This document shows positions 1-10,654 of a DNA stretch of 64,000 nucleotides, in pieces (positions within the stretch are counted from its first letter, which is position 1; the number at the start of each line of letters is the position of its first letter). This stretch comes from Cetorhinus maximus (lineage: Eukaryota): contig NC_135898.1 of NCBI RefSeq assembly GCF_964194155.1, positions 58,218,001 to 58,282,000 of the forward strand, given 5' to 3'. The notes below the pieces were generated by a model, which had not been told where the DNA came from, ran no database searches, and worked only from the letters and a program-made list of their open reading frames with translations. Made by a program: the position numbers and the translations under genes.

Positions 1-1300
1 GGCAATCCAGTCTAACTAGACTGTCTGAACACCATGAGCAGCACAGGACAATCTTAAGGGGAAAGAATAGAGCTTGGGGCATAAGACAGCCCGTCCAGCT
101 TATCAGGCCACAGAGAGACAGAGGCAATCCAAGTCAGGAAAAACTATTCCAGAACTGACCAGCAAAACAACCTTGCCAACACTGTAGCGCGAAGAGCCCT
201 CATAGGAGAGATCAGTGTCCTGCAAGTACAGCCTAATGCTTCCACTGCAACAGGATGGGACTCTATGGCAAACTGAGCAAGTCAAAGCCCCAGAAATGCA
301 CAGAAGGCCCAAAAGTAACCCACGAGGGCAAGACCGAAAACCCAGAAGACACACAGCCATGCTTCTTGGGTGAGGTCAAGGATTGTGGTTTCTCATTCTG
401 GATTGTAGACACCTTTGTCAACGGCGTAAGGCAAATTTTAAATTAGATTCAGGTGCCAACATGACAGTCCTGTCAGATGAGGAACCATGGCTCAAAGACC
501 TCTGGCTTCGAATGATGGACTTTACAGGGCAGGAGGAATCTGACTTCTAGTCATTGGTATGATGCTGGAGCCACTGAGGTATGGTGGAAAACAGATCATT
601 GAGCTGATGTATGTCATCATAACCAGCCATTCTCTCTACTGAGCAGTGGTGTCTGCATAGCTTAGGATCTCCTTCAGGTGGCTGAGGATGTCAGGACAAC
701 CACTGCCGTTAACCAACCAGAAATGCACAGTCCCAAGTACTCAAACCAGAGTATTCAAGCTTAGACTTCAGTTCTGAACACTCTCTTTGCAGAGCAGATC
801 TGTCCATTCTCTTTGTAGGTCCCAGAAACCCCAGTGGCCAGACCAGCCTACCGTCCATGAGATAGTCACACACCTCCAGTGGAAGTGGTACAGGAGAGTG
901 ATCAGCAGTCTGAGAAGGCTCTACCCCCAACTACGATGATGGTGAAGCTGGTCAACACAGCAACCACTGTGCACACACTGCAACTTCCAGCCAGCATGCC
1001 ACGACCACAAGGGATGCTGGAACCTGGTGGCAGTCTCCCACCATCGACAACAAAAAAGCAGGGCTGAGCATACCACTAAACCTTCTTCTCGCCACAGGAA
1101 TGCTTTTCCTCGGCCATAGAGGGCATCAAGGTGGCCTACATGTAGAAAGAAGAAAAGAAAGAAGTGACATGGAGACAAGCTCAATGTTCATCCATCCCGC
1201 AAGAAATGATTTAGAGTAGCAGCAACTACTGATCAATGCAATCGCCGAACTGACCAATTATGGTTCAACACAAAGGAATGAAAGAAAAGAATGTAAGTGT
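1..1300 (+). mobile_element. Degraded Gypsy/Ty3-type LTR retrotransposon internal fragment (gag zinc knuckle + aspartic protease)
   Basis: Around 215-275 reads CPAS..CFHCNRMG (degenerate CCHC knuckle). Around 395-490 reads FWIVDTFVNG / FKLDSGANMTVL across a frameshift (retropepsin D-S/T-G motif). Stops and frameshifts throughout; boundaries approximate. Confidence 0.65.
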
Positions 1301-1332
1301 ACCCAAATGCCAGTCCAACCTCCCAGCCAACA

Positions 1333-2470
1333 GGAAGTTCCAAAGACTCACGTGCCTCTGAGAGAAAAATTCTCATCTCTAGCTTAAATAGGCTCCTTAT
1401 TTTTGAACAGTGACCCCTTGTTCCAGATTCTCCCACAAGAGGACACATCCTATTCATATCCACCCTGTCAATACCCCTCAGGATCTTAAAGATTTCAATC
1501 AAGTCGCCACTTACTCTTCTAAACGCCAGTGGATATAAGCCTAGCCTGTCTAACATTTCGTCATAAGACAACCCACCCATTCCTGATATTAGTCCAGTAA
1601 ACCTTCCCTGAACTGCTTCCTATGCATTTACATCCTTCTTTAAATAAGGAGTCCAATGCTGTACACAATACTCCAGATGTGGTCTCACTAGTGCCCTAGT
1701 ACAACTGAAACATAACCTCCCTACTTTTATACGTGATTCCCCTCACAATAACCAATAACATTCTGTTATATTTCCTAATTACTTCCTGTACCTGCATACT
1801 AGCCTCTTGTAATTCATGCACTATTACACCCAGATCCCTCTGCACTGCAATCTCTCCCTATTTAGATAATATGCTTCTTTTTTCGTTCTTCCTCCCAAAA
1901 TGGACAATTTCACATTTGCCCACATTATAGTCCATTTGTCAGATCCTTGCACACTCACTTAACCTGTCTATGTCCCTTTGTAGCCTCCTTATGTCCTCTT
2001 CACAACTTACTTTCCTACCTATCTTTGTGTCATCAGCAAATTTGGCAAACATACCTTTGGTCCCTTCATTGAACAATTTATATAAATTGTAAAAAGTTGA
2101 GGCCCCAGCACACATCCCTGTGGCACACCACTCATCACATCATGCCAACCAGAAAAAAAACCCATTAATGCCTACTTTCTGTTTCCTGTTAGCCAGTCCA
2201 TCTTCTATCCATGCCAATATGTTACCCCCTACACCATGAGCTTTTATTTTCCGCAATAACCTTTGATGTAGCACCTTATCAACTGCCTTTTGAAAATCTA
2301 AGTAGAGTACATCCACCGGTTCCCCTTTACCCGCAGCACATGTGACACCTTCAAAGAACCCCAATAAATTGGTTAAACATGATTTCCCTTTCATTAAACC
2401 ATGTTGACTCTGCCTGATTGGCTTGAATTTTCTAAGTACCCTGCTATAACATCATTAATAATAACTTCTA
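1333..2470 (-). mobile_element. CR1 LINE ORF2 (RT) fragment, degraded
   Basis: ORFs 2140-2394 (GKSCLTNLLGFFE..VDVLYLDFQKA) and 1233-1580 (LSYDEMLDRLGLYPL..GDLIEIFKILRG) carry typical CR1 RT and C-terminal motifs. Confidence 0.9.
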
Positions 2471-2829
2471 AGCTATTAGGATAGGATAATGTTACAATCT
2501 CCTTTTACTGCAAATAAGCTAATTCAAAAATTGTGACTGTATATCCTTACGTTGCTTGGTTATTCACTTTGGTATTTTTCTATATAATGTGAATATGTTG
2601 TTAATTCCAATTGTTGGATTATTCATTTTACTACAAAGAATAAAGATCAGGGAGTGGGCGATATGTACACTTTATAAAAGTTCAATTAAGTGATAATTGT
2701 TACAAATATTATATCTGTTCTAACACACTTATGACTGTGCTTCCCATTTTCCACTCTCCATAAACTTAAAGTCATATCCTAACTCGCACCAAGCCCCATT
2801 CACCTATTGCCCCTGGTGCTCATTGGCCT

Positions 2830-3535
2830 TGTAGACGGGATTCAACCTCCTTCTCCGAGACCCCGGGTCGATCTGGCTTTCGTGTGGGGCAACTGCCTTA
2901 TTAACTATGGCTCAGACCGGGGACTCAGGTCAGGATAAACAACTCAGGACCTCCGTTGTTTGGATTCTCGAACAAGACGGTTTATTCAAGCTTGTTACCG
3001 GCATATGTAGGGAGAGCCCTCTGAGTCTGTCCAGAGGTACTCTGCTGTAATTACAAAGTCTTGTAACTTATATACTTCTTATCACAATACATTTGAGTAC
3101 ATTTGAATATATCCACTCGGTAACCGACACACAGGTACCATGTTAAAACTAGCCTATTGAGTACATAAACATGCGATTCTGCTAACCAATTATTCTAAAG
3201 GGTGTATACATAATTATATTATCCAATCAAAATTAAAACACGTACGCAAAGACCTTGGTTCTCACAACTCGAGACTGCTTGTGTTTCATCAAAGACTCCT
3301 CTGTCCATTGTATGTGCTCCAATATCTAAGTTAAACCATCTGCCCCATCCCTATCTGAGAGAGGAGTACACCTAATCTAATTTGTGTCTTCCAGTCTGAC
3401 TCTCAAGGCTGTGCAATGTTCATCTGGTAATCTTCAACTCTTAATATGTTTAGCAGCCATGTTTGCCTGGAGATTTTAGGGTTTTTCAGTAAATTCTTCG
3501 TGTTCTCTTTTAGCATTTTTAATTTTCCCCTAACA
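2830..3535 (-). repeat. Complete 3' LTR (706 bp)
   Basis: On the - strand it begins TGTTAGGGG directly after the PPT and ends TCTACA. TATA-like TATATAA near 3068-3074 precedes AATAAA near 2981-2986, the expected U3-R-U5 order. Confidence 0.9.
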
Positions 3536-3548
3536 GTCCCCCCCTTTT
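3536..3548 (-). other. Polypurine tract (PPT)
   Basis: - strand AAAAGGGGGGG-AC lies immediately 5' of the LTR TG; the 2-nt spacer is typical of retroviruses. Confidence 0.85.
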
Positions 3549-3599
3549 GGCCCTTGGCAAAGCCCAAGCTGGCCATACCTTAAGTTGAGAATTCCTTTT

Positions 3600-5310
3600 C
3601 TGGTCCTTCAGGTGGCCACAGGAATCCTAAACCACCTCGTGGTACAACATAACTTTCCCTTTTCCTCTCCTCCCCCTTGAAGTATGCATAGGTCTGGGAA
3701 TTGATGCACACCTTTGGTTTGTTGCTGTCTGTGCCTGGAGAGTCCCTTTCCAGGTTTTATGTTGGTAGCACAAAATAAGTCCCCATAAAGGAACTCAGCC
3801 ATTGAGTTGAGGAAGCAGCATTGCCTTAAATGCTTCCTGAATCGGTAAAGCGGTGAATGTAACTTTGCTTGTGTTTGTGAATTGTGTCCAGCATTTGACA
3901 TGAGCACACAATGTAATTTCTTGATTCTGAACAACAATCTCTAGTACTCATCAGTACCATGTCTTTTACATAGGGTATATATCCACATAGCCCTACGCGA
4001 ATACCATCCCCCTTTTATCTACTCCTAGGGACTCGAACCTATAGCTGTTCAGGAAAGCCCCATTTGGATGATGTTCTTGGGGAATGGCCATAATGAATTT
4101 TATGACTCCATCCTCTCCTCCACGTTGGGGTTGTGTAATCGCCAAATTCCTGCCGCTCCTTGCGTAAATTTATGAGGTTTAATTGGTGAACTGACTCGAA
4201 CATGTGTTCGGGAATTGTTCCGAACCTGATATCTTCAATGTCGGATTTTACCCCGTCAATTGAATCTTGTGCTAGCATATCACATGCCCTCCCTGAGGTT
4301 TGTGATTCAGCTGTGTCTATTATCCTGTCTGCAGTCTGCCTAAGGATCCGTAGCAGACCCGCTCCACAGCTCCACGGCTGTCAGGTCATATCCTGTCCCG
4401 TGCGCGCTGTAGTGCAACCCTCGGGCAGCCTCAGCAGCCACCCAGGAGGCATAATTATTTAAGTCATAGATCTGACCAGAATTAAGTATGGAATTGGCAC
4501 TCCCAAATAGCCCTCCGATGTCTCCTAGTATACTCCTTTTTAACCTAACCTGTGCTTTTGCTCTAATTCCCGGAACAATTCGAAATTTATCCTTTTCAAT
4601 TGGCTTCTAGCCCGTTTCATGGAATTCTGGTGGCCGTGACAAGTGGTATGTAATACTGACAGGAGTCCTGAGACATTGTATGTCACTTCCAGAGAGACCA
4701 TAGTTACATCATGTAATAGTGGTTTTGACTTTCCTATCCTGACTATCCCATCCAGGGGGGATTTACTACATCTGGACATTGAGTGGGTCTCTGATAGCCA
4801 CACGTAGTCAAAGTAAAATATTGTGTATCATAACAATCATGCCTATCTATTATATATTTACATGTTTCTTGACAATATTGTCCCTCAAGACCTGGTTCCC
4901 AAACAAAGGGAGGTAGGTCTGTCCATCTGGCGGTCACATTAATCTCTTGATACATCCAAATGCTTGTGATTGAAAAACTGGTAGGGGGCGCGTAGGTTCT
5001 ACACCCCCATATCACTAACTCAGTCCAGTTCTCATTGTTACACCTGAGTGGTGTTAGCTGGACTGGCTGCCCTGGTGCTGTTAAATGTAAAGTATTCTTA
5101 CAACTCTTTGTGTGATCACATGTGGGGGTCCTGTTCCCAATTGTTCGTCTGATGTGTCCATGTAGTGACTTGATCCGTAATCCAGGTGTTGGGCTTTCTT
5201 ATCCATTCCCCACTTCAACCTTGGGGAAGTAATACGTACTGCCCAGGGTGAAGGCAGGTGTCATAATTGACTTTGACCGTTGGTACTTCCTATGCCAGGA
5301 TCACGGACCT
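3600..5310 (-). pseudogene. env: env-like glycoprotein pseudogene of the ERV
   Basis: Cys/Trp-rich SU-like frames (ORFs 4743-5015, 4540-4803) with N-x-S/T sites. RLKR furin site at 4535-4546, followed by SILGDIGGLFGSANSILNSGQI. Downstream ACDMLAQDSIDGVKSDIEDIRFGTIP and TRDCCSESRNYIVCSC. Multiple frameshifts; no TM anchor seen. Confidence 0.75.
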
Positions 5311-5349
5311 GTGGAAACATTAACATTGGCTCCCGTCGTCTGGGTGATT

Positions 5350-5930
5350 CATCATATATCTTTAACTGTGTGTAATGCCTCCGTTTATTTCTCATTTTCA
5401 TGGGGGGGGGGGGGGGGGGGGGGAGGTGCGGGGTGGTGGGGGGTGGGGGGGGGGGAGGGGGGTGGTGGGTCCGTTGTTGCTCTTTGGATTTGTCTGTTCC
5501 CATATCCTTAATCATCTGTCAGTCTCAAATTTCCTCTCTCAACTCATGTAATTGCTTGCTTAATTCCCTTACATTGTCCTGTATTTTTCCTTTCAGTGGC
5601 CCTACACCTCCTACTATAATGCCTTCAGGTAATTGCATGGCTCTTCCTGTTATCAATTCAATGGGGTGAACCTGGTGGTCCTATTTGGTGTAGCCCTAAG
5701 GCACATCAGAATGCTGGGCAATACGGTGCCCAGCTGTTCCCTGTCTCCTGAATTGCTTTGGCTACAGTTTTTTTTAAAGTTCGGTTCATCCTTTCCACCA
5801 TCTCTGAGCTCTACGGGTGGTAAGGAATATGGAATTTCTGTTTAATCTCCATAAGATTACACATTTCTTTAATGACTCTCCCTATGGCATGAGTTTCCTG
5901 ATCTGAATCCATCTGGGTAGGCACCCCACT
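5350..5930 (-). pseudogene. pol: Retroviral integrase remnant (core + C-terminus)
   Basis: Hand translation: GVPTQMDSDQETH..QKFHIPYHP*SSEMVERMNRTLKK..VLPSILMCLRATPNRTT..ELITGRAMQLP, ending HYTQLKIY. This contains the second D and the E of the DDE triad. Confidence 0.85.
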
Positions 5931-8207
5931 CCTTCCAGTTTACTATTTCCTGCTGCTGTCTCGTGTCGGACCTCAATTCCTTAAGCTGTCTACACAACTC
6001 TACAATGCACATTCTTATCCTATCTTTCAATGGCTCACTATCTTCACTTCCAGTGGCAGTTCTCTCTCTAGAAGCCGCTTAACTCTGCCTGTCATCAAGG
6101 TGTTAATCCTGTGGTCTTACTCTTTGTAGCTCGCAGGCACATTAATATAGTCAGTAATACATCTATTTAGCCTTTTCCCAGCTTTCCCTTTACCTGTATC
6201 CATCTTGTGGTAAATTGTTGTTAAGTATTATTTCTTCTTACCCTTCAATTGCCTCAACTACAGATTCCGAATAGTTTTACCTCTAAGGTTTTTTTTCCTG
6301 ACCACGATCATCTTGATTCTCTTGAAGTCAGTTTCTCTATTGTCTTGATCGTTTAAAATGTTTCCTTACTCTTTAGGCTTTGTTAACTATTCCATGTCAA
6401 TGGGGATCTCTGTATCTAGATCTTTGCTTATCTCCCCTTGTGCAGTTCCAATGCCTCAGTTGATGACCAGATTATCAAATTAATTTCTCTTAAAACAGTT
6501 TGTACATTATGTCCTCTTTCCCTACTTTCCTCATACCATTTTACACATGCAATAGTTACCATCTTATCTTGTTCAGGTTGTCTGGAGAGACTTTACAGTC
6601 CAATAAAGTATTCTCATAGCAGTTTTAAAACAGAAGTCAAGCATTGACATGTTTTGCTTCCTTATCTTCTTCTCAAACAACATCTTATTGTCTCAAAAGT
6701 AACCCACTAAATTACGTCTGACTTTTTTTAGCATTATCCCAGATTCATTAACTTGGCCAAAAATTGGATTTCTGCCAAACTTTGTCAAAGTCTTGAGCTT
6801 AACTTTACATTTTGGGAACAGACTTACAAATACAAAAGCTTGCAGCATTTGAATTGGTACCAATTGTTGTCAAAAGCCTTTTAAAATGAAAATTCCCTTT
6901 TGAGAACTTTATCAAGAACTGTAATTTACACTATCAAAATTAAAACAACCTCTTTTTCATGTGTAATGATTTGTATCCAGATTAAAAGTCCCATATGTTT
7001 ATCGACACATTCTTTATCTTTGGATAGCATCTTCGTTATTCAAAAGTAACCTGTTAAATTATACTGCACTTTACATCTCCAGATTGGCCCAAATTCAAAT
7101 TACTTTTGGAATGCAGATTTCCTTTAATATTTAATTCATCTCTTCATAAGAAACTCCTTTTTATCCATTGAAACCACCTAGACCTTGTGTTTATGTCTTT
7201 TGGTTTTCCTAGAATCCTTTTGAATTTCAGGTAATTTTTTTTTTCCTCAGAATATTAGAATACCAGCTCGTATGTATCAATCCCAATCAGCTTGGAAACT
7301 GGTGATGAGGGTTATTCCCTACTGGTCTGCAAGGGGGTGGTACAAGGGTTGGTTCATCTCAAACAAAGGCAAGCCCTGTTTTATCTTTACACCACCTTCA
7401 AATTGTGATTTTTGCCAGAAATCTCAACTCAAACCTTATACTCAAAACTTTGGAATGTTTGAGTATACATTTCCTTTAAGCTAATATGGGGCTTTTGACT
7501 CTAAAGTGCTCAACTACACACACAAAAGACAATTCAGGGAAGTAAACACATTAAAGCTCACATACAAATGCTTCCTTGCACACAAACAAACACATATATA
7601 AAGGTATGGATTCATATTCCTATAACATTGAACTTAACTCTAAACGAAGCTTCAAGTAGCAGTGGGGGGATAAAGGGATCTTGGAGACTCCACCTATAGG
7701 GACAATCAAATTGACTGAAGCTCACACTGCTGCTGCCTGTCACTGCTCATTAACCCCCTAGGGGTACCCCCTTTCTCTCTCCTCAGCACAAATAGCTCTT
7801 GAAACTTAGATCAATTCTTTTCTTTTAAGTTACAAAAATTCGGTAGGGGACGTTTCAGGTCCCCTGCCGCTGTGACCGGTGCAGCTTCCCCGAGATGTTT
7901 CTGTATTAGTTTAGTTTGTTGCAGATACAGACTCAGAATGAGTACTGTAGCTTTGTCAGTTTTATCTTTAGTCTGAGCTTCCACCACTCCTTGGATCGTA
8001 ACGGTGGGTCACTCGGCTGCCAACCTTGTTTCATTTTGCTGATCAGCTTTCTATGCTTCCTGGCGAGGTGAAGGGACATGGTTCCTTCACCTCCCTATTC
8101 TGCAACGAACTCGAGTTCGGTCTTCTTGGCCATATCCACACACACGCCCACACCCACACTAAAACAGAGGCCCACAGTTCCCCACCATAAACAGGACTCG
8201 TTCGTCC

Positions 8208-8650
8208 CACAATATATTTGAGTACATTTCAGTATATCCACTCGGTAACCGACACACAGGTACCATGTTAAAACTATCCTATTGAGTACGATTGCGATTC
8301 TGCTAACCAATTATTCTAATAACTATTCATAATATTATCCAATCAAAATTAAAACACGTATGCAAAGTCCTTGGTTCTCACAACTCAAGACTGCTTGTGT
8401 TTCATCAAAGACCCCTCTGTCCATTGTATATCCTCCAATATCTAAGCTAAACCATCTGCCCCGTCCTTATCTGAGAGAGGAGTACACCTAATCTAATTTG
8501 TGTCTTCCAGTCTGACTCTCAAGGCTGTGCAATGTTCATCTGGTAATCTTCAACTCTTAATATGTTTAGCAGCCATGTCTGCCTGGAGATTTTAGGGTTT
8601 TTCAGTAAATTCTTAGTGTTCGCTTTTAGCATTTTTAATTTCCCCCTGCA
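8208..8650 (-). repeat. 5' LTR, truncated (U3 part only)
   Basis: Near-identical to 3083-3535 (roughly mid-90s % by eye). Similarity stops before the TATA/R/U5 part. Confidence 0.9.
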
Positions 8651-9130
8651 GCCTACAGTGGCTCCTGTTACGTAGCGCCATAATTTTAAAACTCTCATCC
8701 TTGTTTTCAAATCCCTACATGACTTGGCCTCTTCCTATCTCACCTCCTTCAGCCCCACAAAGGTCTGAGATATGTGTGCTTCTGCAATTATGGCATCTTG
8801 AACATCCCCAATTGTGTTTGCTCCATTAGTGGCTATGGTTTCAGCTGCCAATGCCCTATTTAGATAATATGCTTTTTAAAATTCTTTCCCTCTGAAAACT
8901 GCTGCGTCTTGCAATCTTGCTTTCGTCCTTTAAGATGTTTTTTAAGACCTTCCTCTTTGACCAAGTTTATAGTCATCTGCCCTAAAGCCTCAGTACCATA
9001 TATTTTCTCATATCCTTGAGCCTTGGGATGTTATATATTAAAGATGCTATATAAATATAATTTGTTATTATTGTGAGGGGAGGTGTGCATTTTTTCGTAC
9101 CACTTTCCCACTCAGGCTCGAGGAACCACA

Positions 9131-9773
9131 GAGATAAAAGAACACTCCACCCTGTTCTCTTGCCCACATGTCTGTCCTTGGCTTGCTGCATTGTTCCAGT
9201 GAAGCCCAACGCAAACTGGAGGAACAGCACCTCATCTTCCGACTAGACACTTTGCAGCCTTCCGGGCTGAATATTGAATTCAACAACTTTAGATCTTAAA
9301 CTCCCTCCCCCCATCCCCACCCCGTTTCTTCCTCCTCCCTTTTTTTTTCAATAATTTATATAGTTTTTTCTTTCCCCACCTATTTCCATTATTTTTAAAT
9401 CTACAACTAATACCTTGTCAATCTTTCCACCCCAGCCCCACTAGAGCTGTACCTTGAGTGTCCTGCCATCCATTCTTAATTAGCACTTTTCTTAGATAAT
9501 ATCACCACCTTCAACACCTCTTTGATCCTTTTGTCTGTGACATCTTTTGATTATCTGCTCCTATCACTGCTTGCTTATCACCACAATCACCACACCCTCA
9601 ACTTCTCTCTCCCCCCCCACCCTCCCACCTTAGACCAGCTTATATTTCACCCCTCTCCTAACTATACTCAGTTCTGTTGAAGGGTCATTGGACTCGAAAC
9701 GTCAACTCTTTTCTTCTCCACCGATGCTGCCAGACCTGCTGAGTTTTTCCAGGTAATTCTGTTTTTGTTTTTG
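9131..9773 (+). mobile_element. Penelope-like element 3' end (GIY-YIG C-terminus + pseudo-LTR)
   Basis: Encodes RKLEEQHLIFRLDTLQPSGLNIEFNNF. Exact 13-bp TSD TCGAGGAACCACA at 9118-9130 and 9774-9786. Hammerhead-like motif at 9670-9707. Confidence 0.85.
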
Positions 9774-9949
9774 TCGAGGAACCACACCCTGGATAACCTA
9801 GTTATGAGCAATGGTGTGGGCGATTGATTAGTTTGGGTATAGAATGGGAGGTTTTACCAACTCTTTTAAAAATAAACTTTAAATGAAGCTTTCAAGTTTC
9901 TTACTCGCAGCGAAGAGTAGAAAGTTTGGCACTGAAGGAGCTCTAGCGA

Positions 9950-10226
9950 GCAGGGCGCCCCCCTCTCCTCTCTGGCCAATGCTGGTATCGCCTGGCAGGG
10001 ACATTTCCAGCCCGGAACTTTCGACCGGGTTTGAAGGAGGGACCGGAGTGGAGAAGGAGCACGGAGAGGTTTCCGGGCTGTTCACTTCCTGTTTACATGG
10101 CCACCCGGAATCTGGGGACCCTGTGAGGAACGGGAGACTTGTTGCTTCGCGGAGTGGTGGTTGTGGTGGTTGGGGGGGGGACGGGGGAATCCCTTTATAA
10201 CTAACCGCTGGGCTCCGGGGAAGAGA
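9950..10226 (+). promoter_or_regulatory. WDR11 CpG-enriched promoter / 5' UTR region
   Basis: Locally GC- and CpG-rich. CCAAT near 9976; ETS-like CCGGAA/ACTTCCTG motifs near 10012, 10084 and 10105; TTTATAA at 10194-10200; directly precedes the first coding exon. Confidence 0.6.
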
Positions 10227-10309
10227 ATGCAGTTCACAGTGAATATCAAACTCTCGCCCAGGACTTTAACGGGAACTTTGAACATCCAGAACAGAGGGGC
10301 AGTGGACTG
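10227..10309 (+). CDS. WDR11: WDR11 coding exon 1 (MQFTVNIKLSPRTLTGTLNIQNRGAVDW)
   Basis: Matches the recalled vertebrate WDR11 N-terminus (..TVNFKVSARTLTGALNAHNKAAVDW). Donor TG|GTGAGT, phase 2. Confidence 0.92.
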
Positions 10310-10654
10310 GTGAGTGAGGCCTTACACCATTCCTGAGCTGCGTTAGCACAAACTGACTGAGCCTGTACACAATGCTCAGCCCCTTTATCTTAGGAGGTTC
10401 CTTAGTTATCAGGTCGGCAGCTGATTCTGCTGGGACTGTTATTGATGAGAATGTCCTGGTTTATGCTATCAAGTGAGTGAGGGTTTGTAAAGCAAATGTC
10501 AAACTCGAATCTCCAATAATCAAACTCAATTCAGCGGTCAGGACTAATGCAGCATGGCGAGTTTCCTTGTTTTAGAACTTAATTTAAATCAATTATAGGA
10601 TAAAGGGAATTTTCGAATTTTGACATAAAAGGGAGAGCTTTTTTTTAAAAACAA

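Larger units (their letters stand above)
2830..8650 (-). mobile_element. Endogenous retrovirus-like provirus, internally deleted and degraded (LTR-gag?-pol remnants-env-LTR)
   Basis: TG...CA termini. 4-bp TSD GCCT at 2826-2829 and 8651-8654. Direct repeats 3083-3535 and 8208-8650. PPT at 3536-3548. Integrase and env remnants on the - strand. Confidence 0.9.
2760..9062 (+). mobile_element. L2 LINE 3' end, split by the ERV insertion (pieces 2760-2829 and 8651-9062)
   Basis: Joining the flanks gives ...cccctggtgctcattggcct|acagtggctcc...ttttaaaactctcatccttgttttcaaatccc..., a continuous L2 3' region ending in gatgctatataaat. Confidence 0.75.

Noticed and set aside
5248-5669. Poly-Pro / poly-Gly ORFs as real proteins
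   Set aside because: They are products of translating the poly-G tract.
6200-7900. Intact reverse transcriptase or gag in the ERV
   Set aside because: Only faint motif-like traces with many stops; no YxDD or LPQG found, so not annotated separately.
9883-10200. 105-aa ORF upstream of WDR11 as a gene or N-terminal extension
   Set aside because: It ends in a stop before exon 1, has no recognisable domain, and is expected by chance in GC-rich promoter DNA.
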